Shown in pieces: positions 11,331 through 22,569 of a stretch of 42,963 nucleotides of DNA (its first letter is position 1; the number at the start of each line of letters is the position of its first letter). The notes beneath the pieces were generated by a model that worked only from the letters and a program-made list of their open reading frames with translations, was not told the origin of the DNA and ran no database searches. Origin of the DNA: Toensbergia leucococca (Eukaryota). The translations under genes were made by a program, and so were the position numbers. The stretch spans positions 1 through 42,963 of the forward strand of contig JALDZS010000193.1 of the NCBI GenBank assembly GCA_022813965.1. Direction: 5' to 3'.

Positions 11331-12461
11331 TTAGGAACTCCCCTTCGGATCTCGTTAAACTGGTTGAATCTAAGAACCTGACATGAGCATAGCCTGACTG
11401 TACCCAGTAGATTCCTCGGTCTCGAGAAGGCGCAAGGGCTCCCATTTCTGCTGATAAGAGTGCAGTGGAAAGCCAGTGCGGGCTCTCCACTGCATATTCC
11501 AATGATCATCCTCTGCTGAGAACGAGATGGAATCGCCTTGGTGTACATCTACTTCCTTGCGTAGCTCTTCTTTGATATAATCTCTTAAGGCGGCGAAGGT
11601 GGAAGTTTCGCAAATATCCTCCATTTCATCACTGGTCAGTCCTTCAATCATCGTTTCCAGCAGGGCTCGAGCAACTCCTGACGCGTGGATGGAGCCACAA
11701 CATCGTCTCGGGTCAAGTCCCCGTGGGTATGACAGCAACATGTCTTCATCATCGACACCAGCCATAGCCGTGATGTTTAGAAAACTAGTCTGTACCCAAC
11801 TGCCACCATAGCAATAACTTGTCATAAATGCTGAATTCAGGTTTGAGTTGTAACGGAGAGCTTCTGTGAACTTGGCTTGTGTCAGTACGGGACATTCATG
11901 GAATTCGCCTGTTCCTCCAATATTTATTGAGAAAATGCCGTGGGTACCGTGACCGAATATGAGGATAAGAATCGGTTGGTTTGTATTCTTGACCTGCTTC
12001 GAAGCATCTTGAACGTGTGATAGAAACGTATCCAATAGATCACTCTCATTCTTACTTTCCACAACATTCACATCTCTTAATTCATCTAGCATCCGTTCAC
12101 CTAGGACAATTCTTCTCTCACCTGGGTGTTGGTCTCCATGCGCGTATTCGCCGTATTTGTTGATCAAGTACTTGGGATCAACACACGTAAGCCATGTCTG
12201 CTGTTCGGCGGTCCCACGAAGAAGGTGATGGAACAGGTAAAAGTCGGAAAAGAAGCGGCCGTCTCTTCCAGGAGCCGCGTTATTCATGTAGTCATTTGCC
12301 CCGCAGACGGCGATGATAATGGTGTCGGTTGTCACAATTGGAGGGCACCGAGATTTCAACGAGCGATCTTTGATATCCATAAAAAAGTCTGCCCTAAAAT
12401 CTTCAAGACCACTGTCTTGTGCAGGATGAATGATCATTTGATTAGAACTTGAGGACGCCAT
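11331..12461 (-). pseudogene. First copy of an uncharacterised caspase/legumain-fold-like protein, C-terminally truncated
   Basis: ATG 12461; motifs IIAVCG, SDFYLFHHLL, ILILIFGHG, MTSYCYGG. A 2-nt frameshift near 11392 displaces HVRFLDSTSLTRSEGEF, which aligns with SIRFSDTVSMSAPEAEY of copy 2. Confidence 0.65.
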
Positions 12462-13014
12462 GACTTGAGTGAAGAAATCGTAGTTGTGCAAAGGAAATGA
12501 TTGTTATAGTGAAAACTAGAGAAGCAGGTGCGATGGGAATTCTAAAAACAGACGACAGAAGAAATAGGCCTGAATTTACACATGAGAGCACACTGAGCAT
12601 GTGAAGGCTTGTGAAGGTTGAAAGTATTAAGCTGAATTTTAATCTGACTGATATATAAGATTTTACAGACTTTCAAGACATGATTCAAAAATGGCTTATG
12701 AACTATGACCGAGCTATGGGACTCGAATCTTATATGACGGATTATAATGTAACGGTTTCTCCTTAGCATTTGTGACAAGTATCAGAAGTGTTTTTTGACA
12801 TGGATTTGGAGGTCGTGTGAAGACAAGATTTTGCAGCAATGTATCAATGATAGTCTTAGGTAAACCAAGGCATCTTAGCCTAAAGCCCTAAACGGCATCG
12901 ATGGCTTCCTGGCTTATCGGCACTTAGGCCTAACTTTGAAAAGCCTGACCCGAAACCGAATCTTCAAGATAAGCAGGCTTGAATAGTGTACAATATCACA
13001 AGAACTCTATATCA

Positions 13015-16000
13015 TCAAGCCCGCAATCCGTAGAGTACCAGACCCGGGGCAGCGATACTCAGTATACTCACCAGTCCAACAATCCATTTGCTTACGCAAA
13101 TTTCGACGGCTCGGCCTTCGAAAGCCACAATACTCGCGCTCGGAGTCACGCTTGGATCTGTCGAGCCGAGTCCAGATAGTATGAGTCCTGCTAAGCCACT
13201 GCTCGGCGTTGCTAAAGGCACCGTCGAAGACCCTATTTGTAGGCCTGAAGCACCTAGTGAAACCACGGTCCCAGAGATCGTGACAGCAGATCCGCCTTGT
13301 GATATTGATGTACCGTCAATGAAGAAGTCCGTGGGATTCGCAGTAAAAGCTTGTCCAGCGACTGTGAAGACCGACTCAGGAGCCACTGTCATTCCTACCG
13401 GACTTTTTGTTCTACTACCCACGAGAACGCCTTCGCCGCCTGGAAGTATAGATACTAGCTCCCCTGATATGGTAGCAGCTGCGCCACCAGCACTTATGGT
13501 TATTCCTTCGGGAAAAACAATGTTGCCGTTTGACTCTGTCTGGATTTCCAAGGCATATGTACTGCTGCCGATCAGCACGCCGCCACTATCCGGTAGCACT
13601 GAAATGATTGTCCCAGACATAGTAGCAGCGGGGCCTCCGGCACTAATAGTACTGCCTCCAAGAAGAACAAGAGCACTCTCTGCTGCAGTTTGAGTCGCGG
13701 CTGCTCTGGTGTAGGCGCTACCGTCAATTATGATAGTGCTAATTCCAATAGATACTGAAGTGCCAGCAATGGTAATTTGGGCACCAGGTGAGAATGTAGA
13801 GCCACCAATGATAATACCGCCGTCAGGTGCTGTTTGAATGTTTTGCCCATCTATCCGAGGCAATGTGGCTGCAGGCGTGGAAATGGCAACTGAACTGACA
13901 AATGTGCTGCCATCAATGATAACGTTGTTGGTTCCTGCCGAGATCGGAGTACCGCTGACTGTAGCTTGCGATCCATAAGGATTATTAACATTACCAGCAA
14001 TTATGCCCCCACTCACCGCCGAAATCTGTTGCCCTCCTATAGATGGGGGCAAAGATGTGGCTGGCGGATCATGACTTGTCAGAGCGAAAGTGCCGTCCCC
14101 AATGACGACGACAGATGAGCCAACGGATATTGGTGTATTATCAACAGTGACAGGAGGGGCTTCAGGAGTAAGTATTGTTCCGCCAACAGCATATCCACTA
14201 TCGACAGCAGATGCTGTGACTCCTCCAACGATAGTGTCGGGGGCTGTCGGTATATCCTGTCCATTACTATTTTGAGATGATGGCTTAGAAGCAATGACAC
14301 TTTTGGAACTCTGCTGTAGATCTGCTGAGCTAGATGCTAGAGCAGTTGTTGGATCGTTTACGACAGCGCTACTACCTTGCTCAGGATCGTTTGGGTCTAC
14401 TGCTGTAGGTAAAGGAGCATCGCTGGTATAAATGTTGGCTGGATTATTCGAAGGCGAAGAAACCTGACCATCGGCGATTTCAGTGCTAATGGGTTGACTA
14501 TTGCTTAGCTGAACGGCATTTGATTGGCTGCTAGTGAACTGCGAGCTACTAAATTGAGAATTGATAGTTTCAGGATCCCTAGTCTGGGTATTTGAAGATA
14601 TAGGTGGAGCGGATTCTTGGTCAGGACTTTCAGTATTTACGGGTTGATTGACAGCAGACTGAGAATTGGCAGTTTGGGATGCACCATGTTGGTTGTTTGT
14701 AGAGGGGTCATCACTAGGTGAAGACGGAGTATTGCCCCAAGGACTGGTGGCTGGGAATGGAGAGGTTTGGACCGGAATTGGGGGGGTGATGACGGGCCCA
14801 TTTGTTGCGCGGGATTGGGTTATAGGCTGCGGTTCAGTAAGAGGCCCTGCAGGTTGAGTGAGTGCGCCAACGCTTTTGAGCGTTTTTGGAGGATCATAGG
14901 CACCACCATAGAAAGGTGTGGCGCATGTGGCCCATGCAGGTTGTGCATTGAACACACGGGTCGGTATAACTATGATAGGGTGACAGGGATCTGAGTAGAA
15001 ATTTTTATCATCTTGCGCGTTCTGAGGATCTTCATTGAGGTCAGTGGTTGGTAAAGGTACGAAGAAAGTAGGAGCGTAATACTTTGAGGGACATAGAAAT
15101 ATCCAGGTAAAGTTGAGCAATTCTGTTGCAGATTGGCATAATCAAGAGCCTTGGGAGGTGGAAAATCTGAACATATAGGTGCAGTGGTTTGCGTTATACA
15201 ACTCCAATTCAAGGCTCCCTAGAAGGCATTAGTTTTTCCTACTTGCTAGAGCGATGATTATAGTCTTAAGAGCTCAGCCTACCTGCGTGGTGATCTCTGA
15301 GGGATCAAAGGCAATGGTACTAGCAGTATTAAAGATCAATTACCGGCCAGTAGAAATGCACAAAATGAACCCACGTAATGGAGAACGCCTGCCCCACGAG
15401 GCCACAGTAATCTGATGCGTACAATGTAGTAAAGGCCATGTAGACGCTTGGAGACGTGAATGTGAAGCCGTCCGCATCGACGGATATTGCCGTAGTCTCC
15501 TCACTTTGGTTGTTGGTTACTGCAGCAGTCGTCGTTGAAGATGGCCAATAGTAGAATTGAATCGTCCCAACTTCAATGGAGCAAGAACCACACTTGAATA
15601 TTATCCATCAGTCATTGTATGAGACCAATAGTATCAACCAGTAAGACTATTCTCTTACACAAGGGCTCGACGCTTTCCACTCATTGTCTGGCCCGAGCGG
15701 TACCTTCGTAAAGGTTTCCACATAATATGTTTCTGCTGTTGTCGAAATAAGTGGGTAGGTGACACCATCAGTTGTGACGGTCCCAATCGTCGGACCTAGG
15801 ATAGAAATTCCAGTGTAGCCCTACGTCGCTTCAGCTCACCAGAGACTTTGGAGGAAGTATGACGAAGAGAAAGTAGAGACTGACCCCAGTCGTGTATTGG
15901 GTAACATAAGTCTCGCTAAAGTCTAGGAAGAGTGACTCGCAATAGCTTGATAAACTTGGGTCTGCTGTTAGGTCTGATTGGAAAGCTAAGTAAGGTGGGA

Positions 16001-16270
16001 AGATTTGCGATAGCGGCTGTCGTAACTAACAGTAGTATGGTCCTTCTGAAGGAAGCGATACGTTGAAAGAACTGGACTTGGCCGACGAGGTAGCATTGCT
16101 GTCAGAAAAAATAGAAGTTGAAGAATTTGAGAAAATGTCTACGTTGTTTAGGTCAGAATCGACTATCTTCGATGTTGAGTGTATGACTGACCTGAGGCTG
16201 TAGGTATCGCCGTCGCAGCCCATGCGAACATCAGTAAGGCCACATCAAGCAAAAGTATACGAAACTCCAT
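13015..16270 (-). CDS. Secreted, probably GPI-anchored Ser/Thr-rich mucin/adhesin-like protein with a Cys-containing N-terminal domain
   Basis: ATG 16270 gives signal peptide MEFRILLLDVALLMFAWAATA. Several short introns (e.g. 15030-15082) join PCCGSCSIEVGTIQFYYWP, FTFTSPSVYMAF, DYCG, NCSTLPGY, DPCHP, WATC. Long final exon has an S/T/P/Q linker, ~38-aa TISAGGxAATISG repeats and a hydrophobic C-terminus. Confidence 0.85.
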
Positions 16271-16794
16271 GGAGCGACCGACATGAAGGAGAGGTAGAGA
16301 AAAGGAGGCTCTTCGGAACTATTTAGGGACTTATCATTATCCTGGCCTTGCGAGACGGGATACAAGGCTGGCCTCATCTCACTCGTCTGGTCACACGGAC
16401 CGTGGAGCTGCAGCATAGCCAAAAGGAGGAAACGTGCTGGAGCATTTTACAGCCAATGTCCAGGTCATTCATGCATACCGAAGACCCAATCAAATATTAG
16501 TATAAGGCCGCTGCAGAAATTAATCCAAGCCAACATTGAACGCCCACGGACGAATGTCTTGGCCATCCAATAAACCAGGTACAATATCGCAGCCTTGTTC
16601 GGAATCGACGGGGTGGCGTTTACTTGCTTCAATCACAGGGACCATTGACCGAGCCGTGCTGTCGATCGCGTCGCACGGCAGCAGTAGTGCCATGTCGATG
16701 TACTGAGATCCCTCCTGATCGTTTCAACCGTATCCCACTTGCCACTCAAAAAACATGCCTGAGACTCGAGAGGCTGAAGATATGTGTGCCCTTA

Positions 16795-18798
16795 TCCCAT
16801 CGTCCGTCACTCGGGTGGTCTAATTAGCGTACTCGCGTAACAGGGGTGTTCTATTGGTCAGATCACTGAAGATCACGATTATCCATCCTTACACAGGGGA
16901 GTATCACAGAGATCACAGCCAAAGGTAGTCCGTCTTCTCAGACATCTCTCACTCAATTTGGGTGTAATATCACCTAGAACTCATCATTTTCGGGGCTCAA
17001 AATCACCCGTTCCCACACACACCCTACAGTCTTGAGAACTACCTCTTTTCACAAGGTTATGAAGGTGAAATGACTGATGTGAGGCCTCCTTGTTATCAGG
17101 CCCCCAGGACTTTCTTTTCCGAGAGTTTTTAGTAGTTAGTAAGGCCGTACACAAGGCCTCTCAGAAGTCCCCCTGATTGTTGAATTTCTGCTTTTTATCG
17201 ACGATAGAATGAAAGGAGAGTTTGTAGACATTTACTACAGAGATCCCTAACAAAAGATCGTACAAGGCCTTCCATCCTTTTCTGATAATTCTAGTCATTG
17301 AATTGTAGGAATGTAGTTGATCCCCTTGATTCACAAAGCCCATGTGATGATTATATTCATCAATCATTGTGGGAATAGGTAGCATGGCATGAGATTCTCC
17401 CTTGAATGGTAGCCGGGAGGTCTTTGCAGAGGATGATGTTTCAGAGGGACGTTTGCGATCCCTAATGGTGTATTGTGATCCATCATGAACAGTAGTCATA
17501 AAGTACATCAGGTTGTTGTCTTTTCATGCAAATTGCAAGACATCCTTCTTGATGACGTCCTTCTTGATGATAGCATCAATGACAGTATGGCTGGGTAAGC
17601 TACTGTAAAGGGTTCCCCATGCGATCTCATCCGCTCAATTTTTCTTGATGCTTTGAAGACTAGAATTCATACCCTCATTTGACCTGGCAGTCCCTGCAGC
17701 TCTGAAGCCGAGATCACGCAGGTAGAAGAGTATTTTAACGCTTGTAAAGAGGTTGTCTAGTCAGACAATATGCTCAAGATCCTTCTGAATTGACAGGGAC
17801 TTTAGCAATTGTATCACAACCCCGGCCGTCTTATTCACACTCAATTCTTTAGGAACCTTGACTTCTATGGGTCCTTGCTTTTTCGCATGCCACACTCAGC
17901 TGAGAAAATAGCCCTGATCAGCTAGAACCCATACCTTATATCCCTGCGGGATGAGCTTTGAGGGAATCTTTACTGTGTTCTTAGATCTTCCCTGAAATTG
18001 AGTCATGCACTCATTCACAGCAATGTGACGTTCAGCTAGCCATAGATGCTTTGACATAGCAAGGAGGTGTGTATTCAGAGGTTTCAGCTAAGAAGAATTA
18101 GTATGAGAAGGAGATTTCAGAGGAGAAACAGCTAACTTTGACTCAGGTGATTTCAGAATTCCCTGAATTCCCTGTACTAGGTCTAGGATCTGAGACATGA
18201 AACCATCGTTGAATTTGCTCAAATCGCATAAGTCTCATGACTTTTCATATGAGAGGATGAAGACTTGTAGAGACACTTCAGTATGCAGCTATCAGCTTCT
18301 TTGAATGAATCCTCATGTAGATCTGTATGCCGGTAAAGACACGGATTTCCTCGCTGATGACATCTACTCAAGGTCTCACCCCCCTCTTCTTTACAGGTAT
18401 AAGTCTTCTGTTGCAAGGTCTCTCTAAACTAGCATCAGATCTCTTCATTTCAGCATTCAGGTTGATGTTTCTAGCTATGATATCAAATTGCAAAGGGCTA
18501 AAGAATAGACTGAATATGCCGTATGCATCAAGGGGAGAAACGCCTTCTAATTTGACTTGTTCAAGGTGTGAGGCGATAGATAAGGGAATAAATGATGGTA
18601 CAGATGATGGAATGGGTATCTTGCTTATCAGAGGATCAATTGATAAGGTAGAGGAGGTCATTTTGTGATGGAATCAAATGATTGACTCGGTGTTTATTAT
18701 TTTATTCCTCATGTAAACAATGCCAAGACCCCCTGACAGGCCTATTTTCGGCCTAGACAAGGTTAAAATTAACCGAGACCGAGTGACGGACGATGGGA
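16795..18798 (-). mobile_element. piggyBac-type DNA transposon, 2004 bp, decayed
   Basis: Perfect 20-bp TIRs TCCCATCGTCCGTCACTCGG (16795-16814 and 18779-18798), each flanked by TA; transposase relic inside. Confidence 0.85.
17161..18661 (-). pseudogene. piggyBac-family (DDE_Tnp_1_7-like) transposase relic
   Basis: Fragments IAVNECM, KIPSKLIPQGYKVW, LDNLFTS, AAGTAR, KDNN, YNHHMGFVNQGDQL; several TGA stops; 49-nt intron 18088-18136. Confidence 0.85.
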
Positions 18799-19049
18799 TA
18801 GACACCTGAACAGAAAAAACGTGGCTTATGCTGACTTCTTGAGGCGGTTTCTCAGACCTGTAGTGTATTCGGTCAAAGGGCACAATATACAATCTAATCA
18901 CAAGTTGAAAAGAGGATGCTTGGTCTCGCAAATACTCTGGACTCGGCATCTAACCCGATTTTCCACTGTTGAGGGGAAGGGTGACAGGGGCTGTTGATCA
19001 CTCCTGGCTGACCATAGGGAAGCTACCAATTGATCGTGTTGAATAAATG

Positions 19050-20000
19050 AGTATTTCTACGAAGAATAAGAGTTTTCGCGACCGTCTGAACTGGATGAGA
19101 GTTGTCAGCATTGCCGCGTTTATTCAGGCTTGAATCGGCCTCTGCTCACCCACCACCCAGGATGTTTACTTCCTACTCAGGCGTCTTCCTTCTCATCTCC
19201 TCAATCTCCTCAATCTCAGAATCGTTCGGTCATTATGCTCTTTCTATCAACCTTGTTATATCCTCAGCCAAATGCGGCTTTAGACGAAGACTCCCTCCAT
19301 TCGCATACAGAGCAGGGGAGACAGGCCTCCTGGCTAAGGATCAAGCAACTTCTCCGCCGCTCATGGGAGGTTCATGGAGGTGATATTCTTTACTCAAAGG
19401 CCGCACTTACACCGATCCGGAGGTTAGCACCATTTGACACTGGCGAGCTCTTCTGCCTTCCATGATATTTCATTTTCCGCCCAATCTTTCATTGCGTTCA
19501 AAAACCGTACTTCCACTCTCCATCTCTCAACCATCCCCTCCACACAGGGGAAGCTCAAGCCCAGCTGCACGAAAAGCGATTTTAATTCTTTCCTCTGCTT
19601 CTCATACCCTCACTCAATCAATTGTCACATCTCTTGGAATATAAGCTTCGTGTTAAGGAATTCGATGCCAGGGGTGGCGGTACAGATGCGAGTGATCAGG
19701 CTAAGTAGATTCTTTCATGTCAGAATCTTCGCTGGAAGAGATCGGGGAACAGTTTTGATCAGCAGGAGGTGTATAAATAGACAGGCGGGAAGGTACCCGT
19801 AGAGGCGCATGACTTTCTCGTGTAGTGTGGCGTGTGCTCCGAACCATCTCCATGGTAGTGATACTTCCATCGAAGTCCCGAGAGTCTAATACTATGGGCC
19901 TGAATAATTGCGGTCGCTCGGATCTGCTTGGCATCTGTCTTTGTGTATCTCCGTTTGGGGAAGCCAGGATAGGGAACACGTTAAACCTGGGCAGCGTCCT
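19050..20000 (-). pseudogene. Possible decayed gene of unknown function
   Basis: Protein-like frames interrupted by TGA/TAA/TAG (e.g. LAEDITRLIERA**PNDSEIEEIEEMRRK); no recognisable family. Confidence 0.25.
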
Positions 20001-20111
20001 TGTCAATCAAGCTTTCTAACTGATGCGCGACGAGTGTACTTACACGTCCCATGTTGTATTGAAGTTTCTCACAATCCTGAAGACTTAGTTTCGTGACCCA
20101 AGTACTCACGG

Positions 20112-21933
20112 TTACGAGATTGTGACTGGACTTTCTTGAGTACTCTGTAGAGCCAAGATCCCTGAGTTGGAGACATCCTGGAAACCTTCCTTCCCATCAA
20201 GCTTATTGACAAGTATCCGGACATACATATCATTAGAGTTCGGTGATGCACAGAGGCAACGGAACATCACTCGGAGTTCGTTCAACCCCGACGATGTAGA
20301 TTTGCATAGACTAAGCGTATCCATGAGGCAGTAAGCCACTTCAAATACTTTCTCGAACTATGAAAGGAACGAGTCAGTATGATGATCCTGTAGAATAAAG
20401 TAGCAAGAGAAGGGCTCTTACGATTCCCATCCCATGCAGTAAGATAGGGCTAGTTGGAATTGATTCCAGTATATCACACAAACATCTGGCGATTTCAAGG
20501 GGATATTGATAAGATAGAGACGGATCCCCTTCATTGCTCGAAAGTAACCCTTGTCGCATCGCTGCTTGCCAGAATATAAGTCGTAGCCATTGCTGGGTGA
20601 TGAGGATATTTGCTTTTTGAGCATCCAGAAGACTGTCGCTTTCGAAAGTTGTGCAGCTCAAAGTGTGCTGTATGGCGCGAATGTTTTCTGTAGCTTGGTT
20701 CTGATAATCGCTCTGTGATGATATTGGCATGCTCCAGAAGCTTAGAAACTCCTCATCAAGGAGGCCAAACAACCTCCCTAAAGCTTGGAGACTAGACGCT
20801 ACAAGCGGGTTCTCACCCTTGAACTGCCCTTGTGGCGGAGCTAGAAATCTGCCACTGGTGACGGGCCGATTGCGCAGGATTGTCGATCCTCGCTCAGAAA
20901 GTGAGAGCAGGAAAAGGGTACGCTGACGGCACAAAGGGTCATCTCGATCGGACTTGATAGACAAATCTTCATCGTACATGCCTAATTCCTGCGCCAAAGT
21001 GATGGCTTCTCGCACGTGAATCCATGAAGAACGAGGTTTCTTGACCTCAAATAAAGCAATTGAGAGTAAATACGATGTCTGGATGGTTGCCAAGGAAGCT
21101 TTTTCGATATAATCAAATGTCGCACGTATTTGTAAGCATTGCTGAATCAGGCATTGGCCTGCAACTTTTCGGAAGTTGAAACTCAGACCTGTTGATCCTG
21201 GATCAAGCAGAACCGTTACTGAGCAAACTGCTAGGACTAGACACTTATCTCGAGGTTGGAGATGGTCCTGTCTGGTTAAAAGCCTACGAAACGAAGGTTC
21301 GTGGAGGATGGGCATGATTTGATGCAGTCTCAGAAAAAAGACATGGACATATCTAGACAGTGGATGCTCGTCGTTAAAGTTGATCTCCCAAGGTGGTTCC
21401 GGAGGCGGAAGCGAGTCATAGATATGCGGAGAGTAGGGAGACACGGCCTTTTGGTCTCTTGTTTCGACGGTCATAATGTCGCTCAAGGGCGCAAGGCCGG
21501 CGTCTCGACGTGGTAAGTCTGGGGTCTGGGGGGAAGGAATGCTGAAATTGGTCTGATCGCTTGAAGCAACACTGGGTGAGGTTGGGGATCGCGATGAAAG
21601 CATAGCTTCGGAGCTCCAGCTAAAGTCGGCTGCCGAGAATTGATCATTATTCAATATATGCTGGGCCAGTTCATTGACGGTAACAAAATGATTTTTCTTG
21701 TTGACGATTGGTTGCGAAGATGGCCTGGGGGTGGTGTGGTTGGACAAGGACGAGTCGGTGGTGCGTAGTCGTGCAATGATGGAACCCGAGCCTTTCTTGG
21801 GACCACGACGCTTACGGACGATTTCTCGAGTGCAATTCAGGTTGGCATCGAAGCATCGACGACAAGTCAGGTCTCCATCGCATCGGACCTTACGGCGGTG
21901 GCACTGATCACAGGGCAAGGGGCGACGGCTCAT
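20112..21933 (-). CDS. malR: Zn(II)2Cys6 transcription factor, MAL-activator/MalR-like
   Basis: CDQCHRRKVRCDGDLTCRRCFDANLNC then KRRGPKKG; middle homology region and ANILITQQWLR...HGMGI/FEKVFEVA as in MalR/AmyR-type regulators; intron 20358-20421; adjacent to permease and maltase. Symbol assigned by analogy. Confidence 0.88.
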
Positions 21934-22569
21934 TCTGAATACTTCTCTCCAGTCTATACACGGGGTAACGAGGTTATGTTGAGTCAACGCTGTCACCACC
22001 TTATCCTGTCGTGAGGAGACCGGATTACCTTGCCTCTTGCCTTCAGATAGGCAAATGCGGGGCCGGGGTGCTAATCTCGCGTCTCGCTAGTCTTAGCCCC
22101 TATAGAGAGGAGCTGATGCACCCATCGCTCTATCATGTAGAGTACCAGAAGGGGGGGATGTGACGCATGTGCAGTCATTGGCTATCGACGCTGCCTGCTA
22201 TCAGCTTCTGGCGTTCGAAGTAGTCACGGGATCCCCATCGCTCTCTTTAGGGCATAGGATAGGGCATTGATGGCAGGACTCGAGGATTAGGGTTCGTCTT
22301 TGAAACATGGAGGACTTAGAGAATGCCATGCGGGGAATTCAACAATCGTGTAACCTTAAAGCTACAACCATTAAATCGACAATGCCGCCTAATCCCTAAC
22401 CCCATTCGTAGATATCTTACTCGGTCGTCATGGTCATTCGTCACAGTATACTGGATATCACAAGCACTACCCTTCTTCTCGTCGCATCCTTCCCCAACAA
22501 AACCAATCAAGCTGTGGAATACATTGAAATACTTAAAATTGGACAACACCAGATGTTTCCATCCCCACC

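Noticed and set aside
13088..13693. 201-aa plus-strand ORF, and similar antisense ORFs over other genes
   Set aside because: Shadows of the real opposite-strand CDSs.
15030..15890. Apparent stops and frameshift suggesting the mucin-like gene is a pseudogene
   Set aside because: They fall inside canonical introns (e.g. 15030-15082 and ~15821-15884); the spliced frame is open.
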